A DNA stretch of 64,000 nt, from assembly GCA_035193785.1 (NCBI GenBank), contig CP136572.1, positions 2,868,578 to 2,932,577 on the forward strand, read 5' to 3'. The position numbers and the translations under genes were made by a program. The DNA comes from Planktothrix sp. GU0601_MAG3 (lineage in GTDB: Bacteria > Cyanobacteriota > Cyanobacteriia > Cyanobacteriales > Microcoleaceae). The notes under the pieces were generated by a model, which worked only from the letters and a program-made list of their open reading frames with translations, was not told the DNA's origin and did not search any database. Numbering within the stretch: the stretch's first letter is position 1; each line of letters begins with the position of its first letter. Positions 13,325 to 23,094 of this stretch are shown here, piece after piece.

Positions 13325-13479
13325 TTCAAGTTTTGCACAATGATATCATGGGTTAGCAGTTGACCGTTGATAGTTACTCAAGATCATCTTTGACACTAAT
13401 TCGTAGGGTGCGTAAGCAACGCGATCGCACCATCTACTATTATTTAACAACCAAGATGGTGCCGCATCACAACAACGGG

Positions 13480-14430
13480 TTAGGGTTTGAGAGCAATAAT
13501 TGTCCGATGGCGAGGGTCACTGGGAAGGGTGATTTTATAATCAAACCCCACCTCTTTTAAGGTTTCTTCCACATCAAAAGTATAATATTCATCACTCCAA
13601 GGTTCGGTACTTTTCATCAGAATAAATAACGCTGGAGGTAAGTTTTGAATTACTTCTGATTTGGGATTATTATCGACAATGGCTAAACAGCCGCCTGGAC
13701 GTAAAATTCTGAGTGCTTCTTGAAAGATTTCTCGACTGGGTTGATTCGGGAGTTCATGTAATACAAATTGCAAGGTAATAACATCAAAACTATTATCGGG
13801 AAAACTGGTATTTTCAGCCAGTTCCTGTCTCCATTCGGCGATTTCTCCCCGGGTATCTCGAACTTTTGCCACCGCTAACATATAGGGTGATAAATCTAAC
13901 CCGACTGTCCTAATATTATCACCATATTTCTGTACTAAATAACGGTGTAATGGTAGGGTAGACATCCCCACAGAACAGCCAATATCTAACACATTTTCCA
14001 CCCGTTCAGGACAATATTGTCCTAGGATTTCATGGAAACTATAACGTAACCGATGTTCGGCGGTTTCCCAGGTAATTTGTTCTTTTGGCCAGACTCGTAA
14101 ACCCATGGCTTTTGTTGCGGGTTCGGCTTCAAAGGCGGCTAACCAACATAGATTTCCCTCGTCATAGGCATGAAAGGGAACTTGATAATAATTGGGGTAT
14201 TTAATATTAGGATTTGTGACGGTTTTTAACAGTTCTTTGGCTCCTGATGCGTCTAATTCTTGACAGGTTTTTCGCCATGGAACTCCATTTTTTTCGGCAG
14301 TTTTAATTAAAACTTTTCTCGCTTGAAGTTTCATTAAACTATAAAGCGGTTTCGTTTTGATCAGAACATTAACAATTTTAGACAGAAAATCTCCCCCTGC
14401 CCAGTCTGGTTTTAGTTTGGCATTAATCAT
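13480..14430 (-). CDS. Class I SAM-dependent methyltransferase
   Basis: VLDIGCSVG, GLDLSPYML, SFDVI and LRPGG motifs. Confidence 0.9.
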   Translation of the reverse strand: MINAKLKPDWAGGDFLSKIVNVLIKTKPLYSLMKLQARKVLIKTAEKNGVPWRKTCQELDASGAKELLKTVTNPNIKYPNYYQVPFHAYDEGNLCWLAAFEAEPATKAMGLRVWPKEQITWETAEHRLRYSFHEILGQYCPERVENVLDIGCSVGMSTLPLHRYLVQKYGDNIRTVGLDLSPYMLAVAKVRDTRGEIAEWRQELAENTSFPDNSFDVITLQFVLHELPNQPSREIFQEALRILRPGGCLAIVDNNPKSEVIQNLPPALFILMKSTEPWSDEYYTFDVEETLKEVGFDYKITLPSDPRHRTIIALKP

Positions 14431-14492
14431 AGTTTAAAAATGGTTGAAGACAAGGATTAATTTATCATAAAATAGAATGAGATCATAAAAAG

Positions 14493-14723
14493 TTAAAGAC
14501 TATCCCATTCTTTTAGGGTAATTTGCTGGGCTAAAATATCTTCAACCTCTCGAATCATAATTCGCAACTGAGGAACAGAATATTCATCATTAGAGGGGAT
14601 AGTAAGACGATGACTCTCATAAATCATAAACTGATGTTTACTTCCCGAAAAAGGGCCGGAAAAACCAAATTTATGTAATTTTTGAATAAAGTCTCGTCGT
14701 CTACATGGTTTCCATCGGCTCAA
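14493..14723 (-). CDS. hicA: HicA-family toxin
   Basis: 76 aa, basic, GSKH motif; overlaps the HicB-like gene. Confidence 0.8.
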   Translation of the reverse strand: MSRWKPCRRRDFIQKLHKFGFSGPFSGSKHQFMIYESHRLTIPSNDEYSVPQLRIMIREVEDILAQQITLKEWDSL

Positions 14724-14973
14724 GTTGTGGCTCCTTATTCAAATCAATTTTATTAATAATTGGTAATGGATGCCCCAATTTGATCCCCAATAAAATCCAA
14801 TCTTCTAAAGTTGAACGCAATTCTTGTTCACATTGTTTTAAGGTTGAACCAAAGGCAATAACTCCTTGACAAATTGGGATTTTTCCCACAAAAGTCTGAT
14901 CTTCAAGTTTGTCATAAATTGCTTCAGCCATTGCCTGCTCAAGATAATCACTAAGGATATACTGTACAGCCAT
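14701..14973 (-). CDS. hicB: HicB-family antitoxin (hicB-hicA order)
   Basis: GKIPICQGVIAFGSTLKQC...LEDW...G..LP pattern; likely start MAVQYIL at 14973. Confidence 0.8.
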   Translation of the reverse strand: MAVQYILSDYLEQAMAEAIYDKLEDQTFVGKIPICQGVIAFGSTLKQCEQELRSTLEDWILLGIKLGHPLPIINKIDLNKEPQLEPMETM

Positions 14974-15039
14974 TGCCAATCCTAAATTCATTGCATTTTT
15001 CCTATTATAGAATATTTTAGTCAATGTATTTATGAAGTT

Positions 15040-16666
15040 TTATTCCATGTATCTTGTCTGTTTCAGCCATTGGCGAAGTTGGGTAAAAAATTGGTTTCTA
15101 TCGGGGTTTTGATAAACTTCTTTAACAGTTTTCCATCCTGCATCTGCTTCACCTAGTAAATAATGTTGAGCCAAATAGGCGGCTAAAACTCCTTTTAAAT
15201 CTTGTTTCAGGCGATTACGTTTAGTGATTTCTTGTAACAAAACCGAGTTATGTTCTGCGAGCAATTCAGAATATTTTTTAGTCACATCTTGCCATTCTCC
15301 AAACTGATATTTGAAAATTTGTAAAGGTAATTGTTCCGGGTTATAGACTTGAAATTGTTTGCTAAATCGTTGGTCATAATGAATTAAAATTGGCGTTTCT
15401 TGGTTGTCTGTTTTGAGTTGATAGGAAATTAAACCCCATTTTTGTTGTAAATCTTGATATTCCCGTTTAATCGGATTATACCGATAAATCACGGAATAGT
15501 AACCCTTTAAATTATTCTCCTCATCAACTAATAAATCTACCAAAATTTCGGGTTCTTTATCATTATCTAAATCTAGGACTTTAAAATCAATCACCCTGGC
15601 ATTTTTAACGGTTTTTACTCCAGGACTAGATAAATTTGCCATGGAAATAACATCTTCTGAAATCAAATCCCCTTTGCGGGTAATTTTAATTTGCATGAGT
15701 TGAACTGTACTATTAGAATCTGCTAATAATTGGGCTTTAATTTCTCCTAAAGTAACTGTTTTTTGCACCTTTAAATCCTTTATTTCTGGATAGGATTCGG
15801 GTTTTGATTCTATTGGTGGTGTCCCTTGATGCTGCATTTTAACTGGTGGGGTCGTCGGAGAAGATTTTGGCTCGGAAACTGACTGCTGGAGCATCATAAA
15901 TTGGGACTCTAGCAATATATTGAGTCGGAACTAAAGCCTGTTTTTTATCTTCGGAAATCGCTTGACAAATTAAGGTAGCAACTTCCGCCCGGGTTGCGGG
16001 TTTATTCGGATTTAATCGTCGCACATTGGGATAATTAACTACTAACCAATTTTCTGTAGCTGTTGCGATCGCTTTTTTAGCATATTCAGGAATATCAGAA
16101 GCATCATCAAAGATTTTGGTTAATTGTTGATAGGAAACTTGGCTAGATTTATAATCTAAACCATTAACTACCGCCACTAACGCCTGGACTCTAGGGATAT
16201 TTAATAAAGGATTAAAAACACTTCCTAAATAGCCTGACATAAACCCTTTTTGATTCACCTCTTGAATAGCATTGTAAGCCCAAAAATCCGTCGGGACATC
16301 GACAAAATCAATCGCCTTTTCACTGCGAGGAATTTTAGGAAATGCTTGACTCAGAATCGCTGCAAATTCAGCCCGATTAACGGGACTATCGGGGCGAAAA
16401 GTATCATCTTCATAATAGCCCTTGACAATATTTTTTTGAGCTAAATTCTCAATACAATTTTGCGCCCAATGACCTTTAATATCTGAAAAATTTCGAGAAT
16501 CCTCGGCGAAAACTGGATTGATAAAGGGGAGAGATTTCTGAGTGATAATTATTCCTAAAGCGGCGATAAAAAATAACTTAATTGGGGATAGATTAGTCTT
16601 GGATTTCAGCATCGAAACAGCCATCCATTTTCCAGAATTAAAATAGGATACAATTTTGAATTTCAT
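15040..16666 (-). CDS. S-layer homology (SLH) domain protein, ~541 aa after repairing 1 frameshift
   Basis: Three SLH repeats (FSDIKGHWA, FRPDSPVNRAEFA, NPNKPATRAE); joins ORF 15040-15915 at GAAAC 15875. Confidence 0.85.
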
Positions 16667-16681
16667 ACTAATACTCCTAAT

Positions 16682-19137
16682 TTAAACGAATTGAACAACA
16701 GCACCCGCACTGGGTAAGGTGGTATCCAAATCAGGAAACACCCACCAACACAAGATTACCAACACTAGCAACGGATGTTCCAAAATTCAAGTTGATATCG
16801 GAATTATCCGTAACAGGACTCAAATAAGTTTGAACTAAATTTCCGCTTCTTAATTCATAGCGAAATGTTCCTCCTAAATTTCCTAGTCCGTAGCCCGGAG
16901 AACCAATCAAAACCTCATTTCCCATCATGGCTAGAGCTTGACCAAATTGATTAAATTCCTCCACTTTAGGAGCATTATAACGTTGTAAAACTGCTCCGGT
17001 AATCCCATCGAATAAAAAAGCGATTCCCCCATCTGTTCCCCCCTGGTCGTCTCCTGGCGCACCGATTAAAATATCTCGACCAACACCCGTCCAGGCGACG
17101 GAATAACCAAAATTATCTAACCCGGGATTGGGATTTTTAAAGGTTTGTAAAAGCTGTCCGGTTACACTATCAAAAATATAGGCTTCACCGGGTTGTTTTC
17201 CTGCGGTTGGAGTTAAACTAGCGGGCGCACCAATTAATACTCTATCTCCACCAACCGCCGCCACGGACGCACCAAAAAAATCATTAATTTGAGGGTTGGG
17301 ATTCAAAAATGTTTGCAATAGTTGACCTGTGTTTCCATCAAATAAATAGGCGATTCCCCCGGCGGTTGCTAAGGTGGAATTACCGGGAGCACCGACAATA
17401 ATATTATTACCTAAAGTTGCTACGGAATAGCCAAATAAATCAAATACGTTTGGGGTCGGATTATTGATGGCTAAATAGGGCGTTCCCGTGGCGGTGCTAA
17501 ACCCATAAACCGCTCCAGAATTGGGGGCTAAACTACTATCTTGAGATGCACCAATAATAATATTATCTCCTAAAGTTGTAGCCACCGATTGACCAAATTT
17601 TGAATTACCTGCATTGGGAGAAGGGTTACGAAAAGTTAACGTTGGTTGTTGAGTTGTGAGATTGAATAAATAGGCGATTCCTTGATTATTAGTTTGACCG
17701 GGGGCGGTTATTGCTAAGAAATTATTTCCTAAGCGAGATAACTTTGAACCAAATTGAGCATTTTCTTCTGGAATAGGATTAACTAAAGTTCCCAATGCTG
17801 AAGGTGGAATTTCATCATCTATAATGTCTAAAATCGCTTGATTAGGTGTGCCAATTTGGGCAAAATTAGTAGGATTTTCTAAGGTTAAAAGCAAGTTAGA
17901 TGAATAATTGGGAACATTATTATTAACAATGGGAATATTAATAATTTTAGGGGTAGTATCCCCCGGGGCAAAATTAACAATAATTGGTGTAGTATCGACT
18001 TGATTTCCCGTTGGCGTTAAGGGAGTAGGAATTGGAAACCACCGTAACGCTGATTTCTCCATCATTTCCACTGTTTCTAACAACGGTAATCGGATTAATT
18101 ACAGTCCCATTTTCATTAACAGCAAACTGCTCAGAACTAAAAGCTACAGACCCAGGAATAACAAAGTTAGAACGATTAATTTGATCTGGTTTAATTCCTT
18201 GTAAAATAGCCACAATCTCCCCCGAATTAGAGGATATAATTGTACTATTTTCGGTTCTAGGATCGGGTTTAATGGTTAGATTTTCAAATCCTAAATTCCC
18301 CGTTAAAAAAATAATATCTTCCCCGGGTTTATAATCTACAATTATATCAGATAATTCCAGATTATTGCTTAAATTATTACTATCTAAAACAAAAATATCT
18401 TTCCCTTCTCCACCGATTAAATTATCACTTCCTGCGTCCCCAGAAAGCCAATCATCTCCGTCATCTCCAATAATTTGATCATTGCCTTGACCTCCCACTA
18501 AAGTATCATTTCCTATCCCTCCCGATACCTGATCATCTCCAGTATTTCCTGTTACTAAATCATTCCCCCCGTCGCCTCGAACCTGATCATTTCCATTACC
18601 TCCAAAAACCGTATCATTTCCATCTTCTGCGCCGATAAAATCATCTCCATCATTGCCTTCCACCCAATCATTATCTACTCCTGATCTGAGTTCATCATTT
18701 CCTTGACCTCCGAATATAAAATCCTTGCCTAAATCCTCTCTAACTTGATCATTTCCTGACCCAGAATAAATAGTATCATCCCCTTCAACTCCCGATAATT
18801 GATTGGGACTATCAGGATTTATAAATCCCACAAATTGATCATTTCCTGCTTCTCCAAATAACAGATCATTGCCTTCACCCCCCAAAATTTGATCGTCTCC
18901 AACCCCGCCAAATAGGGTATCATTTCCCCCTTCTCCAAATAATTGATCATTATCTGAGTTACCATAAATTAGTTCAGGATCTGATGAACCTCGAACCGTA
19001 TCATCTCCTCCTAATAAAAAAGCACCTAACTGAAATACTCCCAATTCTCCAGGGAAAAATCTTACATTTTCAGGGGTATTATCTCCGACTAAGCGAAGTA
19101 AACCTGTGGTAGAATCGGTTTCTGGTTTTAGCACCAT
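16682..19137 (-). CDS. RTX + Calx-beta + FG-GAP (integrin-like propeller) protein, ~817 aa after repairing 2 frameshifts
   Basis: GGxGND repeats, FSSEQFAVNENG Calx-beta start, FGYSVA...GAP repeats; repairs at 18035 and 16735 give a stop at 16682. Confidence 0.85.
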
Positions 19138-19180
19138 AAGGTTATTCGGTAAACTAAAATTAAAATCCTAACATTGTTAA

Positions 19181-19885
19181 TTATATCATTGATTTTGCTG
19201 ACTGCCAAAATTTAGAAATCGTCACAAATTGATAGCCATATTCTAATAATTTAGGAATAATTTCTTCAGCCGTTTTTGCCACATCTTTTCCCCCATTATA
19301 GCCATCATGGAGGACAATAATTGACCCATTTTGAGTTTGTTTGATCACCCTATTCCTGACAATTTCAACCCCAGGATGTACCCAATCTTCGGGGACAACA
19401 CTCCACATCACCGGACGATATCCCCAACTTGTTAATAAATCTAAAGTTCTGGGCAAAAATACACCGTTGGGGGGACGAACATCTTGGATTAATTCGGGTT
19501 TTAAACCACAGGCATTAAAAATAGCCGTTTTAGTTCTTTCTAAGCTTTGTTTTAACTCCATTTCTGTTAACAAAGGGAAGGTATCATGTTTATAACCATG
19601 TAACCCTATCCAATGACCTTGTTGATAGACTGCTTGGGCAATTTCAGGATATTTTTCTACCCATTGTCCTAACCAAAAAAAACTCGCTTTAATTTGAAAC
19701 TGTTCTAAAACCTTTAATAATTCTAAAGTATATTGGGGGTGCGGCCCATCATCAAAGGTTAAGCAAATTTCCGGTTGAGATAAATCCCCTGTCCATAGAC
19801 ATCGGGGAAATTTTTGGCTTAAAAGTGGATGTAAATAGGGGAAAAACGAGGCAAATTGTAGTTTAAAATTAAAATGGTTATTCAT
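19181..19885 (-). CDS. Polysaccharide deacetylase (NodB/CE4)
   Basis: TFDDGP, HGYKH, RPPNG and IIVLHDG motifs. Confidence 0.92.
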   Translation of the reverse strand: MNNHFNFKLQFASFFPYLHPLLSQKFPRCLWTGDLSQPEICLTFDDGPHPQYTLELLKVLEQFQIKASFFWLGQWVEKYPEIAQAVYQQGHWIGLHGYKHDTFPLLTEMELKQSLERTKTAIFNACGLKPELIQDVRPPNGVFLPRTLDLLTSWGYRPVMWSVVPEDWVHPGVEIVRNRVIKQTQNGSIIVLHDGYNGGKDVAKTAEEIIPKLLEYGYQFVTISKFWQSAKSMI

Positions 19886-19980
19886 AGAGGTTTAAGTTTA
19901 CAAATCTTTGCATCAATCGGCGAGTATTGAGTTAAAAAAAAATGTACCATATTGATCGGTAATTCATCGGCAAATCTGAC

Positions 19981-20142
19981 ATGAAAAAGTATGTTTGTAA
20001 GACCTGTGGGTATGCCTACGATCCTGAATACGGTGATCCAGATGGCGGTATTGATCCAGGTACACCTTTTGAAGATATCCCAGAAGACTGGATTTGTCCA
20101 CTTTGTAACGCGGAAAAAAAAGATTTTGAACTAGAAGAATAG
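19981..20142 (+). CDS. Rubredoxin (53 aa)
   Basis: Below the ORF-track cutoff: [53 protein letters not shown], with two CxxC motifs. Confidence 0.95.
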   Translation: MKKYVCKTCGYAYDPEYGDPDGGIDPGTPFEDIPEDWICPLCNAEKKDFELEE

Positions 20143-20151
20143 AGGGTTAAT

Positions 20152-21391
20152 TTGTCTAGTATACAGCCTTTAAAAGTGATTGTAATTGGGGGTGGGGCGG
20201 CAGGTTTTTTTGGAGCCATTACTTGTGCAAATCACCACGCCCAGACTCAAGTAATTTTGCTTGAAGCCGGACAACAAACCCTGGCTAAAGTAAGGATTTC
20301 TGGGGGGGGACGGTGTAATGTCACCCATGCTTGTTTTGAACCGACTCAATTTGTACAAAATTACCCCAGGGGAAGCAAAGCACTGCGCGGTGCTTTTAGT
20401 CGATTTCAAGCTAAAAATACCGTGGAATGGTTTGCTAGTCATGGGGTGAAATTAAAAACAGAAACCGACGGGCGAATGTTCCCCACAACGGACGATTCTG
20501 CTACTATAGTTAACTGTTTAATTAGAGTAGCAGAACAGGCGGGAGTCAGGATTAAAACGCAAGCTCCTGTGGCTTCTATTTCCCATAATAATAATCACCC
20601 CCATCCTTTTAAAGTTCAACTGAAATCGGGAGAAATTTTAGAAGGCGATCGCATTTTATTGGCTACCGGAAGTAACCCCTCCGGTTATAAATTTGCTCAG
20701 GCTTTAGGACATACAATTATTCCACCAGTACCCTCTTTATTTACCTTTAATATTAAGGATAAACGACTGCAAGATTTAGCGGGAGTTTCTGTTAGTTTCG
20801 GCGCGGGTTAAACTCCCCCAAGCTAAATTAGAACAAACCGGGCCATTATTAATTACCCATTGGGGATTAAGTGGGCCAGCAATTTTAAAGTTATCCGCTT
20901 GGGGGGCGAGGGTTTTATATGATTGTAATTATAAATCACCTCTACAAATTAATTGGCTTCCCCAGGAACATCCAGAACAGTTAAAGGAAAAATTATTAGA
21001 CCTAAAATCACAATTTCCCAATCGTTTAATATCAGCAAATTGTCCGGTTGATTTACCTCGTCGTCTGTGGAAACAATTGGTTGATTACCTTGGAATTGAT
21101 GAGGAAAAACGCTGGTCAGAAATTTCTAATAAATCTTTAAACCAACTAATTCAAGAGTTAACCCAAGGAAGTTATAATATTAATGGAAAGGGTGTTTTTA
21201 AGGAGGAATTTGTTACCTGTGGTGGGATAAATTTAAAAGAAGTTGATTTTAAAACCATGGAAAGTCGTTGTTGTCCAGGTTTATATTTAGCCGGGGAAAT
21301 ATTAGATATTGATGGAGTTACCGGGGGATTTAATTTTCAAAGTGCTTGGACAACGGGATGGTTAGCAGGAAAATCTGTTGTTGGGCTTTAG
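20152..21391 (+). CDS. HI0933/BaiN-family flavoprotein, ~412 aa after repairing 1 frameshift
   Basis: IGGGAAG, SGGGRCNVT, VTCGG and TGGFNFQ motifs; repair at GTTTC 20795. Confidence 0.9.
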
Positions 21392-21471
21392 TCACGGGAA
21401 AGAGTGCCCAAGCGCAACAACAAACAGGAATAAAGAGCGCCCAAGCGCAACAACGAATAATAAACAAATTA

Positions 21472-21663
21472 TCAAATTTTGGGTTTTCCGTCCTCTGATT
21501 TTGGAATATCTGGACAAGAATTTGTGGTTTTCAAATGATAACCTTGTTTTTCCATTGTCTCCACAAAATGAGTAGGATCTTGATTATTGTTTTCGGGTAA
21601 TATTTCAGGAGGATGATTTTTAAAATCCTGTCGTTTTTGTTTGAGTTTAGATTGTTTACCCAT
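21472..21663 (-). CDS. Small hypothetical protein
   Basis: 63-aa ORF with ATG start, divergent from ruvA. Confidence 0.5.
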   Translation of the reverse strand: MGKQSKLKQKRQDFKNHPPEILPENNNQDPTHFVETMEKQGYHLKTTNSCPDIPKSEDGKPKI

Positions 21664-21737
21664 GATCTTAATACCTGATAATTAATGAAAATAATGGTAT
21701 AATAATTATAACACTTTGAACTATTTTAATTTTCTAT

Positions 21738-22370
21738 ATGATGGGTTATCTTAAGGGGAATCTTGCCGATATTCAAAAAGGAACTGGAAATCGAATCACC
21801 CTATTACTCGATGTTAATAATATCGGTTATGAAGTGCAAATTTTACCTCGGATGAGAGCGGAATTACCTGCATTTGGCGAGTCAATACAAATTTTTACCC
21901 ATTTACAAGTCCGAGAAGATCAAATAGTTTTATATGGCTTTTCTAATATGGCTGAAAGGGATTTGTTTCGCCAATTAATTAGCGTTAGTGGAATAGGAAC
22001 TCAATTAGCGATCGCCCTTTTAGATACCCTCGGACTTCAAGATTTAATTCAAGCAATTGTTGGCGGTAATACCCGCGTTTTATCCAAAACTCCAGGCGTC
22101 GGAAGCAAAACCGCAGAACGCATCGCCCTAGAACTCAAAACTAAACTATCGGAATGGCGACAACAAGCTGGAATGCTTTCATCTACTCCCTCTAATATTA
22201 CCCCAAAAATTCAAGAAGAAGTGGAAATGACCTTACTCGCCCTGGGTTACACTGGAGCGGAAGTGATGCAAGCTTTACAAGTTATTAGTCAAGATTCTAG
22301 TCTAGCGAAACAAACTAATTCCGATGAATGGATTAGAAGTGCGATCGCTTGGTTAAGTCAAGGAACTTGA
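21738..22370 (+). CDS. ruvA: Holliday junction branch migration protein RuvA
   Basis: GYLKG, VREDQIVLYGF, VSGIG and PGVGSKTAERIALELK motifs. Confidence 0.97.
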   Translation: MMGYLKGNLADIQKGTGNRITLLLDVNNIGYEVQILPRMRAELPAFGESIQIFTHLQVREDQIVLYGFSNMAERDLFRQLISVSGIGTQLAIALLDTLGLQDLIQAIVGGNTRVLSKTPGVGSKTAERIALELKTKLSEWRQQAGMLSSTPSNITPKIQEEVEMTLLALGYTGAEVMQALQVISQDSSLAKQTNSDEWIRSAIAWLSQGT

Positions 22371-22699
22371 ATATTTTTTGGATTTTGGGATTCATTTTTT
22401 TCTTTATGTAATAGAAATTCAAGGTATTTTTCAAGTTGTCGCTGTCTGGTTTGGGATAGCTGACGTAACTTGTCTAAAATCGCTTCTTCCCTAGAATACT
22501 GACTAACCGGAATAATTTGTGAGGCGGCAACTTCAATGGTAATATGCGGGACATCAAACCCTTCTAAACTATACCCATCTTCTTCATTATCCATTGGGTA
22601 ATACTCAACAATGGTGGCAATATCGCCTCGTTTGAGTTGATATTCGGGTAAATCTTCTGTTAGGGCGACTTGGGAAAATAGAGGATATTGCTGTTTCAT
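22358..22699 (-). CDS. DUF4926-like protein (putative antitoxin/immunity)
   Basis: VALTEDLPEYQLKRGDIATIVEYY...GYSLE pattern; start overlaps the upstream stop (ATGA). Confidence 0.7.
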   Translation of the reverse strand: MKQQYPLFSQVALTEDLPEYQLKRGDIATIVEYYPMDNEEDGYSLEGFDVPHITIEVAASQIIPVSQYSREEAILDKLRQLSQTRQRQLEKYLEFLLHKEKNESQNPKNIQVP

Positions 22700-23029
22700 T
22701 GATTTTCTCCTTTGTCTGGCACTAGAGTTACAAATCGGGTTGTATAGTTGTTAACTATCCATATTGTTAAGGTCTTGAGTTCAACGCTGTTTTGACCTCT
22801 AAGAGTCGCACGAATCATGTATTTTTGACCATAACGGTTAGTTTCGACAAGTTCAGCAGGTTGGGTCAGAATTTGGTTTCTTAGGTCTTGTTTCCAGTTG
22901 TTGCCAATTGTCTAATGTATATCCAGCCTGAGCTAAAAATTTGGATTTATCATCTTTTGGTAGTGGTACAAGTAAATACTGGGTTAGCTTTGATTCTGCG
23001 ATAATCGAGTCCTGTGGTAGAAAAACCAT
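22696..23029 (-). CDS. DUF6883-like protein, 110 aa after repairing 1 frameshift
   Basis: Not in the ORF track. MVFLPQDSIIAESKLTQYLLVPLPKDDKSKFLAQAGYTLDNWQQLE/QDLRNQ...YGQKY...TIWI...RFVTLVPDK; repair at GTTTC 22890. Confidence 0.75.
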
Positions 23030-23094
23030 GCTTTATATTAGTTTGGGCTTTATATCAATTTTATAGAGGCACAAAACTATATACCCATTTTAGA

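Noticed and set aside
20016..20219. 67-aa minus-strand ORF
   Set aside because: Antisense to the rubredoxin and flavoprotein genes.
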